A DNA stretch of 62,877 bases, the filler included, from Octopus bimaculoides (taxonomy: Eukaryota): NCBI RefSeq assembly GCF_001194135.2. It is 8 parts of 7 records of this genome, joined end to end, with 100 filler letters (N's around TTAATTAATTAA, not from the genome) between each part and the next. Parts side by side here need not be neighbours in the genome. Positions count along the whole stretch, not along the records: positions 43,825 to 52,452 come from NC_068984.1; positions 52,553 to 57,514 come from NW_026433596.1; positions 57,615 to 60,703 come from NC_068991.1; positions 60,804 to 62,877 come from NC_068985.1; 4 more parts are not named here. One strand, 5' to 3'. Positions 50,283-62,239 of this stretch are shown here, piece after piece. Below the pieces are notes generated by a model, which saw nothing but the letters and a program-made list of their open reading frames with translations, searched no databases and was not told where the DNA came from. The stretch's first letter is position 1; each line of letters starts with the position of its first letter. Position numbers and translations under genes: made by a program.

Positions 50283-50635
50283 ATATATATATATATATAT
50301 ATAACTTTTATAAGGAATATTCTAAAAGAATATGTAACTGAACTTATATTGAGTGCTCTATTATTTTGAGCAAATAAATATATATACATATGTGTTTTTA
50401 TATTATTAATAAATTCATAAAATTATCAATAATATTCTCAGGAAATCAATATTTAATATTTCAAAAGATATATATCCAATATGACATGGTAATAAATTTA
50501 AAATATACGAAATATAAATATATGAATGTAGATAAAGATACATGTGAATATAAATGCATATAAAAATTTATGCGTAATTAAGCATGAATATTATAAAGTC
50601 TAAAATTTAAAAAACCTAAAATTAATAAAATTAAA

Positions 50636-50723
50636 CATCTGACGATCGTTTCGCGGATATTAATATAATCACAATGTGATCAAAAGATCAGCATACTATC
50701 AGTAATTCCACTCTTCGGAGATG
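50636..50723 (-). ncRNA. Type I hammerhead ribozyme fold (U4C variant)
   Basis: Minus strand: CATCT (stem I) CCGAAGA GTGGA..49 nt..TCCGC (stem II) GAAAC GATC GTC AGATG. All three stems pair; self-complementary stem III ACGATCGT; GUC site. Confidence 0.75.
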
Positions 50724-51290
50724 AATTAAGAACTAATGGTATATGTAATATTAATTTTTAAAAAATATTTAAAATATTAAAAAATTAAAAATATTAAAGT
50801 GTATACCGTCCTTTAAATAAATTGTAAAGTTAATCCTCCTATAATTTGGAAAGTTCATTCTTTTATCCTTTGTTGAAATTTTAAGTGATATATATTTTTT
50901 TATATAAAAATTGGTATGTTTTTCTGAATGTATATAAGACTTCGGTAAAATTCATCTTGTTGTTGGATATGTTGGTAGTCCTATGAATCCGATCAATGTT
51001 TAAAAGTTCATCCACTGCAAATATTTAATCATTAAATTTAGCTAGACTTGAGAATATTGTATATAAAGAGTTTTTGTCAGAAGATTCCATTTCAAATTCA
51101 ATTTTAATTTAGTATAAATACTTTTTTTTTTCCTCTGTGAAGTAATATATCAGAATCTAAGTTCAAATTCCTAAGCATTTATTTTTAATTTTAATTAATT
51201 AATATTTTTATGAAGGTATTATAGATTGCTATTATTAGAATTCCCTTATTAAGTGTCTACATTTAACACGCATATATATCCAATATTCAC

Positions 51291-51321
<31 letters not shown>

Positions 51322-51424
51322 GACACATACACCCACATATATGCACTTTTTATATAATCGATAGATATGTTCATATAAATACACACGTGTGTTTTTTATT
51401 TTACCTTATTTTGGGATTTATTAT

Positions 51425-52001
51425 AATATTTGAAGGTTTTATAATACCTGTGTTTACATGATGTTATCACGTCTAATCTATTATTTATTAAGTTATCTAG
51501 TTAATATAGTAATATATTCAGTGCTTCTAATGTGCATAAACGGCAATTATTTGATTTATGTGTGTATGGTGTGGCAGAATCTATTATTGACCAGTCTAGT
51601 TTATAATTAATTTTATTTTTATTAAGTTTTTGTATATATGTAGCTAATGAGGTTGTATTATTATTTGTATTTGGTTTAAAGGAATGTATATGTGCCAGAT
51701 ATCTTTGTTTAAAATTAATAGAGCTCCCTATGTATACCATTTTATGTGAGTTATTAGTTATTGTTACTATGCATTTATATATTATATTTAATCTTTTGCA
51801 ATTTCCTTGTAAAGGACATATTTTTTTATTTTTACATGAGCAATTATTATTATTTTTATAATTCTGTTGTGGTGAATGGTTATTATTATCCTTATTATTA
51901 TTAGTAGTATATAAAGTATTACTTATAGAATTTGTTGTAGTGTCTATTATGTTGGAGTTATGTGTATTTATTATTTGTGAATTGTTTTTATTTATATTAG
52001 G
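51425..52001 (-). mobile_element. Penelope-like element GIY-YIG endonuclease C-terminus
   Basis: Frame open 52001-51504: N-rich linker, CSCKNKKICPLQGNCKRLNIIYKCIV...VYIGSSINFKQRYLAH...CRLCTLE. One in-frame TAA at 51501, then LINNRLDVITSCKHR. Confidence 0.9.
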
Positions 52002-52107
52002 TTATATTATTGGGTTTATTTTGTCTTTTTTCAGTTATATGATATTTATTATGTTTTTGCTGTCGTATTATATCAGTATTATTATTAGGGGTTTGTGTAT
52101 TTATATT

Positions 52108-52452
52108 CGACTCGAGGTATTTCGTGTTGCAAGACAGTGTAGGAGAGAGAATAGTGATGTTGTAGGAGAGAAATGTGTTCGCATGGATGATGGTACGCTT
52201 GCATTAAATGAGGATGCAAAGAAAGAGGTCTGGAGATGCCACTACGATAGATTGCTTAATAAAGAGAATGAATGGGAGAAAGAGAGCCTGCCTTATGTCG
52301 ACCCAATAGAGGGACCAGCTATCCGAGTTGATAGTACCAGGGTAGATAAAGCAATTAAGAGTATGAAGACCGGGAAAGCCCCCGGCCCATCAGGAATCAC
52401 TGCAGAGATGCTCAAAATATCTGGCAGTGTTGGCTATAGCCTAGTCACCCGT
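52108..52452 (+). mobile_element. RTE-clade LINE ORF2 fragment (pre-RT region), open frame to the scaffold end
   Basis: VFRVARQCRRENSDVVGEKCVR...WRCHYDRLLNKEN...AIKSMKTGKAPGPSGITAEMLK. Confidence 0.85.
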
Positions 52453-52552
52453 NNNNNNNNNNNNNNNNNNNNNNNNNNNNNNNNNNNNNNNNNNNNTTAA
52501 TTAATTAANNNNNNNNNNNNNNNNNNNNNNNNNNNNNNNNNNNNNNNNNNNN

Positions 52553-52587
<35 letters not shown>

Positions 52588-52888
52588 TATATGCATCTGA
52601 ATGAGTTAACATAGGAGGAGAAAGAAAATACATACTCAGTGAATAAACATATGCATAATACACACACACACTCACACATATATATACATACATATACACT
52701 CATCCATCTATATATATAGTCATCCAGCCATACATAGATACATATATATACATACATACATATATATATGTACAGTCATCCATCCATCCATCCATACATA
52801 CATAGATACATACATACATATATATATATATACACACATATATATACATATGTACATATATCTATACATTTGTGTGTATATATATAAA

Positions 52889-52919
<31 letters not shown>

Positions 52920-53100
52920 NNNNNNNNNNNNNNNNNNNNNNNNNNNNNNNNNNNNNNNNNNNNNNNNNNNNNNNNNNNNNNNNNNNNNNNNNNNNNNNNN
53001 NNNNNNNNNNNNNNNNNNNNNNNNNNNNNNNNNNNNNNNNNNNNNNNNNNNNNNNNNNNNNNNNNNNNNNNNNNNNNNNNNNNNNNNNNNNNNNNNNNNN

Positions 53101-53280
53101 ATGATAACGATGATGAAGACAGGAAGATGACGAAGATGATGAACAATGATGAGAACAATTGTGATATTGACAATGTTGACGATGATATTAATGATGATAA
53201 TGGTGGTGATGATGATGATGATGATGACAAAGAGCTCAACAATTTTGATGATGATGATGATGATGATAATGGGGATGGTG
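53101..53280. repeat. Degenerate (GAT)n/(GGT)n low-complexity tract. Similar tracts at 22600-22740 and 53442-53510
   Basis: Direct reading. Confidence 0.9.
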
Positions 53281-54164
53281 GGTGGTGGGAGTGGTNNNNN
53301 NNNNNNNNNNNNNNNNNNNNNNNNNNNNNNNNNNNNNNNNNNNNNNNNNNNNNNNNNNNNNNNNNNNNNNNNNNNNNNNNNNNNNNNNNNNNNNNNNNNN
53401 NNNNNNNNNNNNNNNNNNNNNNNNNNNNNNNNNNNNNNNNNAACAACAATCATGATATCGAAAACGATAACGATGACGATGATGATGATGGTGGTGGTGG
53501 TGGTGACGGTGTCAGTCATGAAGGGGAGCAGTGTTTGTCAGAGCGGGGTGGGAGAGTTAGAGAAAAAGAGTGGAAAGAAAGAAAGAAAGAAGAAATGAAA
53601 CCATAATAGGAAATTCTGTCAAAATCCAAAATTTTCAAGCAACACCACTGCACCCCCCCCCCTCTTCTGCTCTCTCTCTCTCTCTTTCTCTCTCTCTCAA
53701 CACTGCCAGCCCATCAACGCCGCTCCCACTGCCATCGGTCTACTGCTGTGCCATTCCTATGGGTTGTTGACTGAAGTCTAAACACAACATCTTGAAACTT
53801 ACCAAAAATCAGTGAAATACCTTATATTTGGTTCTTCAGAATTTATCTTCTTTGTGAACTTCAAAATCTCGTTAAATTTACTTACCTGTAAAAGAGACAA
53901 AAAAAATACAGGTAAGAACTTCAGAGAATATACAACAATAATCAACCAAAAATTTACAATAAATAGAAATAAATAAAAAAAATGGGTTCCATGATTTCCA
54001 TTGCTTTTAAAAAGGTAAGTTGGCAGAATCGTTAGCACACCAGGTGAAATGCCCAACAACATTTTATCTATCATTAGGTTCTTAGTTCAATTTCCATCGA
54101 GGTTGACATTATCTTACATCATTTGACTGTGGCCATGCTGGGACACTACCAAAATAAAATAGTA

Positions 54165-54420
54165 ATCAAATAGGTCCCTAGATAAAAAATAGTTGAGAAC
54201 CCCTACTTTAGATGCATGTATTGGATATGTATTTCAAGAAACAGCTGGGTTTCTTTCTCTAACATTTTATATTAATGTGTGAAAAGCAAAATAGGGGTTT
54301 TGAAAGAAGTTCTTATATAACTAGTTTTTAAACATCAAAAGGCTAAAGGGGTCAATCTGAATAAAAATGGAAAAAATCAATAGGGGTCCATAGGTAAAAA
54401 TGGTTGTGGATTCCTGTTCT
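54165..54420. mobile_element. Possible hAT-type non-autonomous fragments
   Basis: gttgagaacccct resembles the reverse complement of a CAGGGGTTCTCAAC-type TIR; a decayed second copy lies at ~54385-54416. Confidence 0.35.
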
Positions 54421-54520
54421 AGACCAATGTATCTATCGTTATATTTATAGGGATTTGTAGGAACAGAGAGATTTCAGGGATCCAAGGTACCGAGTAAGTA
54501 TGTATATATGTATGTATGTA

Positions 54521-54575
<55 letters not shown>

Positions 54576-54688
54576 CTATATACATCCACACACACACACA
54601 CATGTAAGAGACAAAGATTTTTAGACATGCAGACACATGCGTGCACACACTGTACACTCGCAGATACACACACAAGAGACAAGCATGA

Positions 54689-54735
<47 letters not shown>

Positions 54736-55254
54736 TGACTATGTTACATCCACTTTCCATACAGATAATATAGTGGTGTTTGTGGTGATGATGATGATGG
54801 TGGTGGTGGCAGCGGCACTGGTGGTGGTGGTGGATGAGGGGAGTGTATTATTGGTAGCTCCAGGAACGGTGCAAGACAACAAGCACTGAGTGGGGAAAGA
54901 GGTGGGGAGAGGCGCTAGTGGGTCACAGGGAAGGTGAAGCGATGTTGTGGGATGGGGGTAGGGGCGAAAGTTTATTATTCTGGGTGTGGCACTTCCTAAA
55001 CTCTGGATGTGTGGATGGGGTCCGCCATAAGTGGAAGGGCAGGGGGGATACGAGGAAGAGTGTTCGGTAATTACACAAAGATGGAGTAAGGACAAATGCA
55101 TGTGTGTATGTACACATACACATACATACACACACACAGACACATGCATACAGACACATATTCTTTATTCTTTTACTTATTTCAGTCATTTAACTGTGGC
55201 CATGCTGGAGCACTCCCCTGAAGTGTTTTAGTCAAACTAATCAACCCCAGGATA

Positions 55255-55670
55255 TCATCATCATCATCATCGTTTAACATTCGCTTTCCATGCTGGCATG
55301 GGTTGGACGGTTTGACTGAGGACTGGTGAACTGGATGGCTGCACCAGGCTCCAATCTGGTCTGGCAGAGTTTCTTCAGCTGGATGCCCTTCCTAATGCTA
55401 AACCACTCCAAGAGTGTAATGGGTGCTTTTATGTGCCATTGACAGGAGGGCCAGTTAGGTGGTACTGGCAACGGCCACGCCCAAATGGTGTTTTTATGTG
55501 TCACCTGCACAGGAGCCAGTCCAGCGGCACTGACAACAACCTCACTCGAATGTTGTTNNNNNNNNNNCTGACAACAACCTCACTCGAATGTTGTTTTCCA
55601 CTACCACCGGCACAAGTGCCAGTAAGGCGACGTCACCAGCATGGGGCCAGTTAGCGGCCCTGGCGACGAT
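55255..55670 (-). mobile_element. Type C repeat (probable RTE-like 3' end, (GAT)n tail)
   Basis: catcatcatcgtttaac...ctggatgcccttcctaatgctaaccactc, homologous to 50020-50282. Confidence 0.65.
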
Positions 55671-56965
55671 CATATATATACACACATATATATATCATTG
55701 CTATTTTGCAAAAGTGTCCTAAGTCCAAAACATTGCTTTTTTCAGGAAACAAAAAAAATACATTTCGTTTTTGAATTTGGTTTGCAAGATTTCTTTATGT
55801 GATTTCGTGTGTTGAAGCATATTCTGTTGTGTCTGGGGAGAGTCATTTTCTTATTGTGCCTTAAAATTTAACACACTCGCCGTTAAAATTTCCACTTATT
55901 TCTTATTTTTATTTTCCTAAAATTTTCGTTGCATCTTGCAGAGTCAAGACTATTGAAAAAGTTGCAAGACNNNNNNNNNNNNNNNNNNNNNNNNNNNNNN
56001 NNNNNNNNNNNNNNNNNNNNNNNNNNNNNNNNNNNNNNNNNNNNNNNNNNNNNNNNNNNNNNNNNNNNNNNNNNNNNNNNNNNNNNNNNNNNNNNNNNNN
56101 NNNNNNNNNNNNNNNNNNNNNNNNNNNNNNNNNNNNNNNNNNNNNNNNNNNNNNNNNNNNNNNNNNNNNNNNNNNNNNNNNNNNNNNNNNNNNNNNNNNN
56201 NNNNNNNNNNNNNNNNNNNNNNNNNNNNNNNNNNNNNNNNNNNNNNNNNNNNNNNNNNNNNNNNNNNNNNNNNNNNNNNNNNNNNNNNNNNNNNNNNNNN
56301 NNNNNNNNNNNNNNNNNNNNNNNNNNNNNNNNNNNNNNNNNNNNNNNNNNNNNNNNNNNNNNNNNNNNNNNNNNNNNNNNNNNNNNNNNNNNNNNNNNNN
56401 NNNNNNNNNNNNNNNNNNNNNNNNNNNNNNNNNNNNNNNNNNNNNNNNNNNNNNNNNNNNNNNNNNNNNNNNNNNNNNNNNNNNNNNNNNNNNNNNNNNN
56501 NNNNNNNNNNNNNNNNNNNNNNNNNNNNNNNNNNNNNNNNNNNNNNNNNNNNNNNNNNNNNNNNNNNNNNNNNNNNNNNNNNNNNNNNNNNNNNNNNNNN
56601 NNNNNNNNNNNNNNNNNNNNNNNNNNNNNNNNNNNNNNNNNNNNNNNNNNNNNNNNNNNNNNNNNNNNNNNNNNNNNNNNNNNNNNNNNNNNNNNNNNNN
56701 NNNNNNNNNNNNNNNNNNNNNNNNNNNNNNNNNNNNNNNNNNNNNNNNNNNNNNNNNNNNNNNNNNNNNNNNNNNNNNNNNNNNNNNNNNNNNNNNNNNN
56801 NNNNNNNNNNNNNNNNNNNNNNNNNNNNNNNNNNNNNNNNNNNNNNNNNNNNNNNNACATGTGTGTACATATGTATATATATATATATATACATACATAC
56901 ACACACACACACACACACGTGTATGTGTATGAGCATGTGTGTTTGTATGTGCATTTATATCTGTA

Positions 56966-57008
<43 letters not shown>

Positions 57009-57051
57009 TACTGATTATGTTTGCATATAAGCATGTATATACGTTACTGCT

Positions 57052-57098
<47 letters not shown>

Positions 57099-57258
57099 CA
57101 CATACACACACATGTATGTGTGTGCATGAGCATGTGTGTGTGTATGTAGTGCTATTTATAAGTCTACAATATAAGCTTGTACATATGTTACTTCTTGTGT
57201 GTGTGTGTAAATAAATACACAGACACACATATAAATACACACATGTATGTGTGTATGA

Positions 57259-57298
<40 letters not shown>

Positions 57299-57620
57299 TG
57301 GCATGATGTATCTGGTGCAGCTACACTTGCAACCCTCTTGCTAGCAGCTCACTACCATCAACTCACGCACATGGTGAAGTGAGGAGCAGCCTAAAGCGTG
57401 GGCCCTCCTTGACAATATACAGCTTCTCCTTCAACCAAAACTCCAACCAATAGTAACGGAGTGGGGGGGAGCTGTGCAGACCCCAGGATAACTTGGTAGG
57501 GGAATTCAAACAATNNNNNNNNNNNNNNNNNNNNNNNNNNNNNNNNNNNNNNNNNNNNTTAATTAATTAANNNNNNNNNNNNNNNNNNNNNNNNNNNNNN
57601 NNNNNNNNNNNNNNTTTTCA

Positions 57621-57716
57621 AGGGTTTACGGTTAGGCTTAGGGTTAGGGTTTCGGTTTTAGGGTTTCGGTTCGGGAATTCCGTCCCTAACCGTAACTCTA
57701 ACCCTAACCCTAACAC
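57621..57716. repeat. Short head-to-head telomere-like repeats: (TTAGGG-like)n, CGGGAATTCCG, (CCCTAA-like)n
   Basis: ttaggcttagggttagggtttcggttttaggg ... ccctaaccgtaactctaaccctaaccctaac. Confidence 0.85.
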
Positions 57717-58272
57717 CGTAGTGAAGATCGTGCAGGTGTAATGGAAAAGGCCGATCTTTGGTAAAGATCGCCGAAGACACTTTTTACGGAAAAGGCCGAT
57801 ATTTTGGACTCGTACCATAAGATCGCCTGGCGGGCATAGTGGTATTATGTACCACGTAGATAATTTTCTTTTTTTACCTATGGACCCAGGCACGGCCCCA
57901 GGAATTTTTCGAAGGGAGGAAACGAGGTCAGAAGGGAATACAATTCCAGGAGAAAAGATCGTAATAACATTTAGAAAGGCGCTGCCCCTCAGCCCGCCCC
58001 TGGTCGCCATTGGAACGCTTTTGGTCGTAGATCTGCTTCATCTCGGCTGACTTGAGAGTTAAACAACAAATATAACGGGTTTTATAGAAATATCAATATT
58101 AGATATTAAATCCAAGCCAACATTTTCTGGCAACCTTTTGATTCCTGTTTTACTGAGATGGACCCTCCTAGCCATTCGACGAAGTATCTAGAAAAAATTG
58201 TTAAAATATTTTGTATTGTAGAAGTATAACCAATTTATTAAAGATAAAGTTTAACAACAAAATCTTATATAC

Positions 58273-58391
58273 ATGTTGTTGTACTTGGGGATGGTCATAT
58301 TGCCAGTTTAGCCAATAAAAACACACGTACTGTATATTTGTGTTTTTATTGGCTAAACTGGCAATATGACCATCCCCAAGTACAACAACAT
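58273..58391. repeat. Perfect 53-bp inverted repeat with a 13-bp loop
   Basis: atgttgttgtacttggggatggtcatattgccagtttagccaataaaaacaca / exact reverse complement at 58339-58391. Confidence 0.95.
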
Positions 58392-58488
58392 CTGTTTCAA
58401 CACACGATTTCACATAAAAAATCTTGCAAAACAAATATGTAAACGGAATCTTATATACAGTTCTATATTTAAGAGAAGAGGAATTATG

Positions 58489-58667
58489 TACATTATTTAC
58501 ATTTGACGGATATTTGTCCTCATCTTGTTTGTTGTTAACACAACGTTTCGGCTGATATACCCTCCAGCCTTCATCAAGGCCTTCACCAAGGCTGGAGGGT
58601 ATATCAGCCGAAACGTTGTGTTAACAAACAAGATGAGGACAAATATCCGTGAAATGTAAATAATGTA
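58489..58667. repeat. ~90-bp-arm palindrome centred on hammerhead-like cores
   Basis: Minus strand: TTGATGA-A-GGCTG-(10 nt)-CAGCC-GAAAC-GTT. The mirror copy on the plus strand has a damaged core (TTCACCA). Confidence 0.85.
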
Positions 58668-59061
58668 AATCTTATATAGATCTCGGATGAGAATCACTGA
58701 TGCAGAATTAATTTTTATTTTATTTGAAAAGAAGAAAGAACATTTAAATTTTGCCTTCTCGTGAATTTTTCAATGTCATTTAGTAAATGTTTACGTGCAA
58801 TGTAGATTGGTGACGTCATAAACGAATGTTGATACGAAGTCGAAGAGAGGAAGAGTTTACATACTGTTGTAAACTCTCATCACAAGGTTACGGTGAATAA
58901 CAATCTTTATAACTACTTGAGATTTAGCTTTAAACTCAGTGACTGACATACAATTGTTTGCTGATGTACTGAAAATTTTTGGTGTCAAATGTAAAGGGGG
59001 AAAAAAAAAAGAAGCAAAAACGTGTGAGATAACGGAATAAATTTCGTATACGCACACGTTG

Positions 59062-59527
59062 TTTTTCAACCACGTGGTTTTGAGTTCACCCACCCACTGT
59101 GTGATACATTGGGCGTCTTTTACTATAACTACGGGTTGACCAATGTCTTATGTGTGAATTTGAGAGATGGAGACTGCATGGAAGCCTGTCGTGTACACAC
59201 ACACACGCACACACACACACACACACGTATATATAGAGATATAGGCGATCTTTCGGAGTTAGTAACAAACTCACGTGCTTTAAGAAGTGATGTAAACTGT
59301 TCTTAAAACGAAAGATCACCGAGATATATATGCATATGTGAGTGTACGTATCTGTTCTCTACCGCTTAGCAACAGGTGCTGGTTTGTTTACGTCTCTGTA
59401 ATTTAAAGGTTCGGCAAAGGAGACGGAATAAGTACCAGAATTAGAAATAATGACCGAGGTGTTTTGTTCCACTAAACTCTTCAAGGCGGTCCCAGTATGA
59501 CCACAGTCCAAAGAATAGCAGAAAAGA
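59062..59527 (+). mobile_element. Old SINE type B (5' half 59062-59192, 3' half 59352-59527)
   Basis: Degenerate matches to both halves. Confidence 0.65.
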
Positions 59528-60039
59528 ACACACACGTGTGTGTAAGAGAAACAGATCCTTAACCAAGGATCGAAACCCCGATGTTCTTTTCCATTGTCAA
59601 AATCTGTTTAATCTGTCAGATTCGCCTTCATCTTAGGCGAGTCAGAGGTCAACAAATTTTTTATTTTCATATATAACATATAAAAATGTACATCTTTTAG
59701 AACATTGTTATTTTATGATTTGGCTGGCAAATTCTTAAATTAACATAAACATTTATTTACATGAAAGAAAATTACAGGAGAACTTTCTAATTCTTCCAAA
59801 TCTTTCTACTAATACTGTATTGAAACCATTTCTTGGGGAGAAAAAACCAACAACAAAAATACAGCACCGAGCGCTTCAACTGTTCGCACATCATAAGGTT
59901 CAACCGAATCTACTGAAGCAAGCATTGCCGTTCGGCTACAGAAGCAATGACCCTCCCATTTACTGCAGCATCCAGGATTTGGGCTCCTTTTTACGCGTCG
60001 CACGGTCGGCACAAAACATATATAATATATAACCGAGAG

Positions 60040-60240
60040 AGAAGCTTCCGTTACACATCCACCCCTGGACGGGACGTCGGTCCGTCGCAGGATAACTCAT
60101 TTTTGCCAGCTGAGTGGACTGGAGCAACGTGAAATGAAGTGCTTTGTTCAAGAATGCAACGCTTCACCCGGTCCAGGAATCGAAACTGCAGACTTACAAG
60201 CATGAGTGCAACACTCCTAACTACTAAAGCACGCCCCTCC
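60040..60240 (-). mobile_element. tRNA-derived SINE type D (tRNA head plus CORE-like segment)
   Basis: Head with TTTCGATTCCTGGACCGGG (shared with type A), then CTTGAACAAAGCACTTCATTTCACGTTGCTCCAGTCCACTCAGCTGGCAAAAATGAG. Confidence 0.8.
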
Positions 60241-60327
60241 ACATATATCTTGTTATTAATGCATATTTGCGTAATAACCATACCAGTGAACAATTATATT
60301 TCACACAATCTATACAGATAATATATA

Positions 60328-60703
60328 TTTATTTCTTTATTGCCCACAAGGGGCTAAACATATAGGGGACAAACAAGGACTGACAAAGGGATTGAGTCGA
60401 TTAAATCGACCTCTGTGCGTAACTGGTTCTTATTTAATCGATCCCGAAAGGATGAAAGGCAAAGTCGACCTCGGCGGAATTTGAACTCAGAAAATAGCGG
60501 CAGATGAAATAGCGCTAAGTATTTCGCCTGTGCTAACGATTCTTATTTCTTTAGTGCCCACAAGGGGCTAAACATATAGGGGACAAACAAGAACAGACAA
60601 AGGGATTAAGTCGATTACATCGACCCCTGTGCGTAACTGGTACTTAATTTATCGACCCCGAAAGGATGAAAGGCAAAGTCGACCTCGGCGGAATTTGAAG
60701 TCA
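60328..60703 (-). mobile_element. Head-to-tail tandem pair of SINE type E (60328-60541 and 60542-60703), alternative 3' tail
   Basis: Two highly similar units beginning ttatttcttta(t/g)tgcccacaaggggctaaac. Confidence 0.9.
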
Positions 60704-62170
60704 NNNNNNNNNNNNNNNNNNNNNNNNNNNNNNNNNNNNNNNNNNNNTTAATTAATTAANNNNNNNNNNNNNNNNNNNNNNNNNNNNNNNNNNNNNNNNN
60801 NNNTATATATATATATATAAATATTAATATATATATATATATATATATATTAAACCTCCACGTAAAATACTCTAGCCATCTCATGTGCAGTAATGCAAGA
60901 AGTTATACAAGACCTCAATAAATGGTTTAAATACTTAGCAGATTCCCGAATATGTTTTATATTTCTTTTATACTTTAACCGCGATATGTAAAATTATATA
61001 CCATTAGAAAGTGTCCACAATAATGGATTATGTATGTAACACTTTATCATTGAAATTCAAAGGAATGTGTTCTTCACACAGCGAATAAATTAAATAATAA
61101 CTTGATTGAATAAGAAATACTATGGAAAATGTACGAATTTGAATCACATGGTTAGGAAGAGAAAAATTGTAGCAACAGTATACACACAACAACATTCTGG
61201 AATGCATGAATCTACTCAAATTTAAGCGCTTTGTGAGTTCAAAATAATGCACGCATGGTCGGTTAACCAGTGTCCTTTTGGTCAATGAAATACACCCAAA
61301 TGTTTGGAAATAGCCTGACCGATTCTTTATTTATGTGTCCCACAACAAGAAAAGACGTGCAAAAAGATGAGATAATTACACCTGTCCATTAATACTCCAG
61401 TAGATTAACGTATAATTGTTAAATGTGGCAATGACAGATGTGAGGTTCAGTGGAATCGATGAAAAAAAATTTGATCTTGGTACACTATAACATTTTGTCC
61501 CAGTGCTTACTTGATTCTTCAACCGAAATATTTCCCTAAGAAATTGTTATCTGATATATGCGAGCATGGAAAAGTGAATATTAAATCGATATTGATGAAG
61601 ATGATGATGAAGACATGTTGAAAGATTAGTAGTCAGTTACATATGAATGTATGTGCATGTATATAAAATGTATTTATATGCGCCACATTTACATATGTAC
61701 CCATATGGTCATATACATATACATGGGCACATAATACCCATATATACATAGGCATATGTACATTCCAGTATATATGAAAATATTTAAATAACCAACTCAT
61801 AAATTTAACATTAGGAAACTTTATTACTGCGATAAACTTGTTAGTGAAAGGTCTTCATTTGGCTTTATCAATTCCCGACATCACGGCCGCTGATAAAGAA
61901 ATCTTTATCTACGCATATAAAATGGCAATAAATGAAAGCAAGATGCAAACAAGTCTTAAAATATTCCAATACAGTTGTGCATAGAGTATGGAAGCTAAAT
62001 ATATGTTTAAGTATATGCACTGACACATAAATACATGTTCATGTATTCACATATTACAGCTAGTAAACAGGAAGTGAGTACTCAAAAAATGGCGTTGCAT
62101 TTCTTGTTTATGGAAACTGAATCCACTTTGTGAAGTTCAAATCACATGCATTATATATGTGCATAGCTAC

Positions 62171-62239
<69 letters not shown>

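Noticed and set aside
51501-51503. In-frame stop in the PLE endonuclease as possible recoding (selenocysteine)
   Set aside because: The codon is TAA, not TGA, and no SECIS is evident; ordinary decay.
54880-55050. G-rich tract as a G-quadruplex
   Set aside because: G-runs are irregular with long loops; not distinguishable from low-complexity background.
55530-55595. 28-bp direct duplication across a 10-N gap
   Set aside because: Typical unmerged contig overlap; other 10-N gaps at 28854 and 38497.
57300-57514. Possible LINE 5' region at the scaffold end
   Set aside because: Single copy with no coding motif in the window; cannot be supported.
59809-60032. Moderately GC-rich short ORFs on both strands
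   Set aside because: No recognisable motif or exon boundaries.
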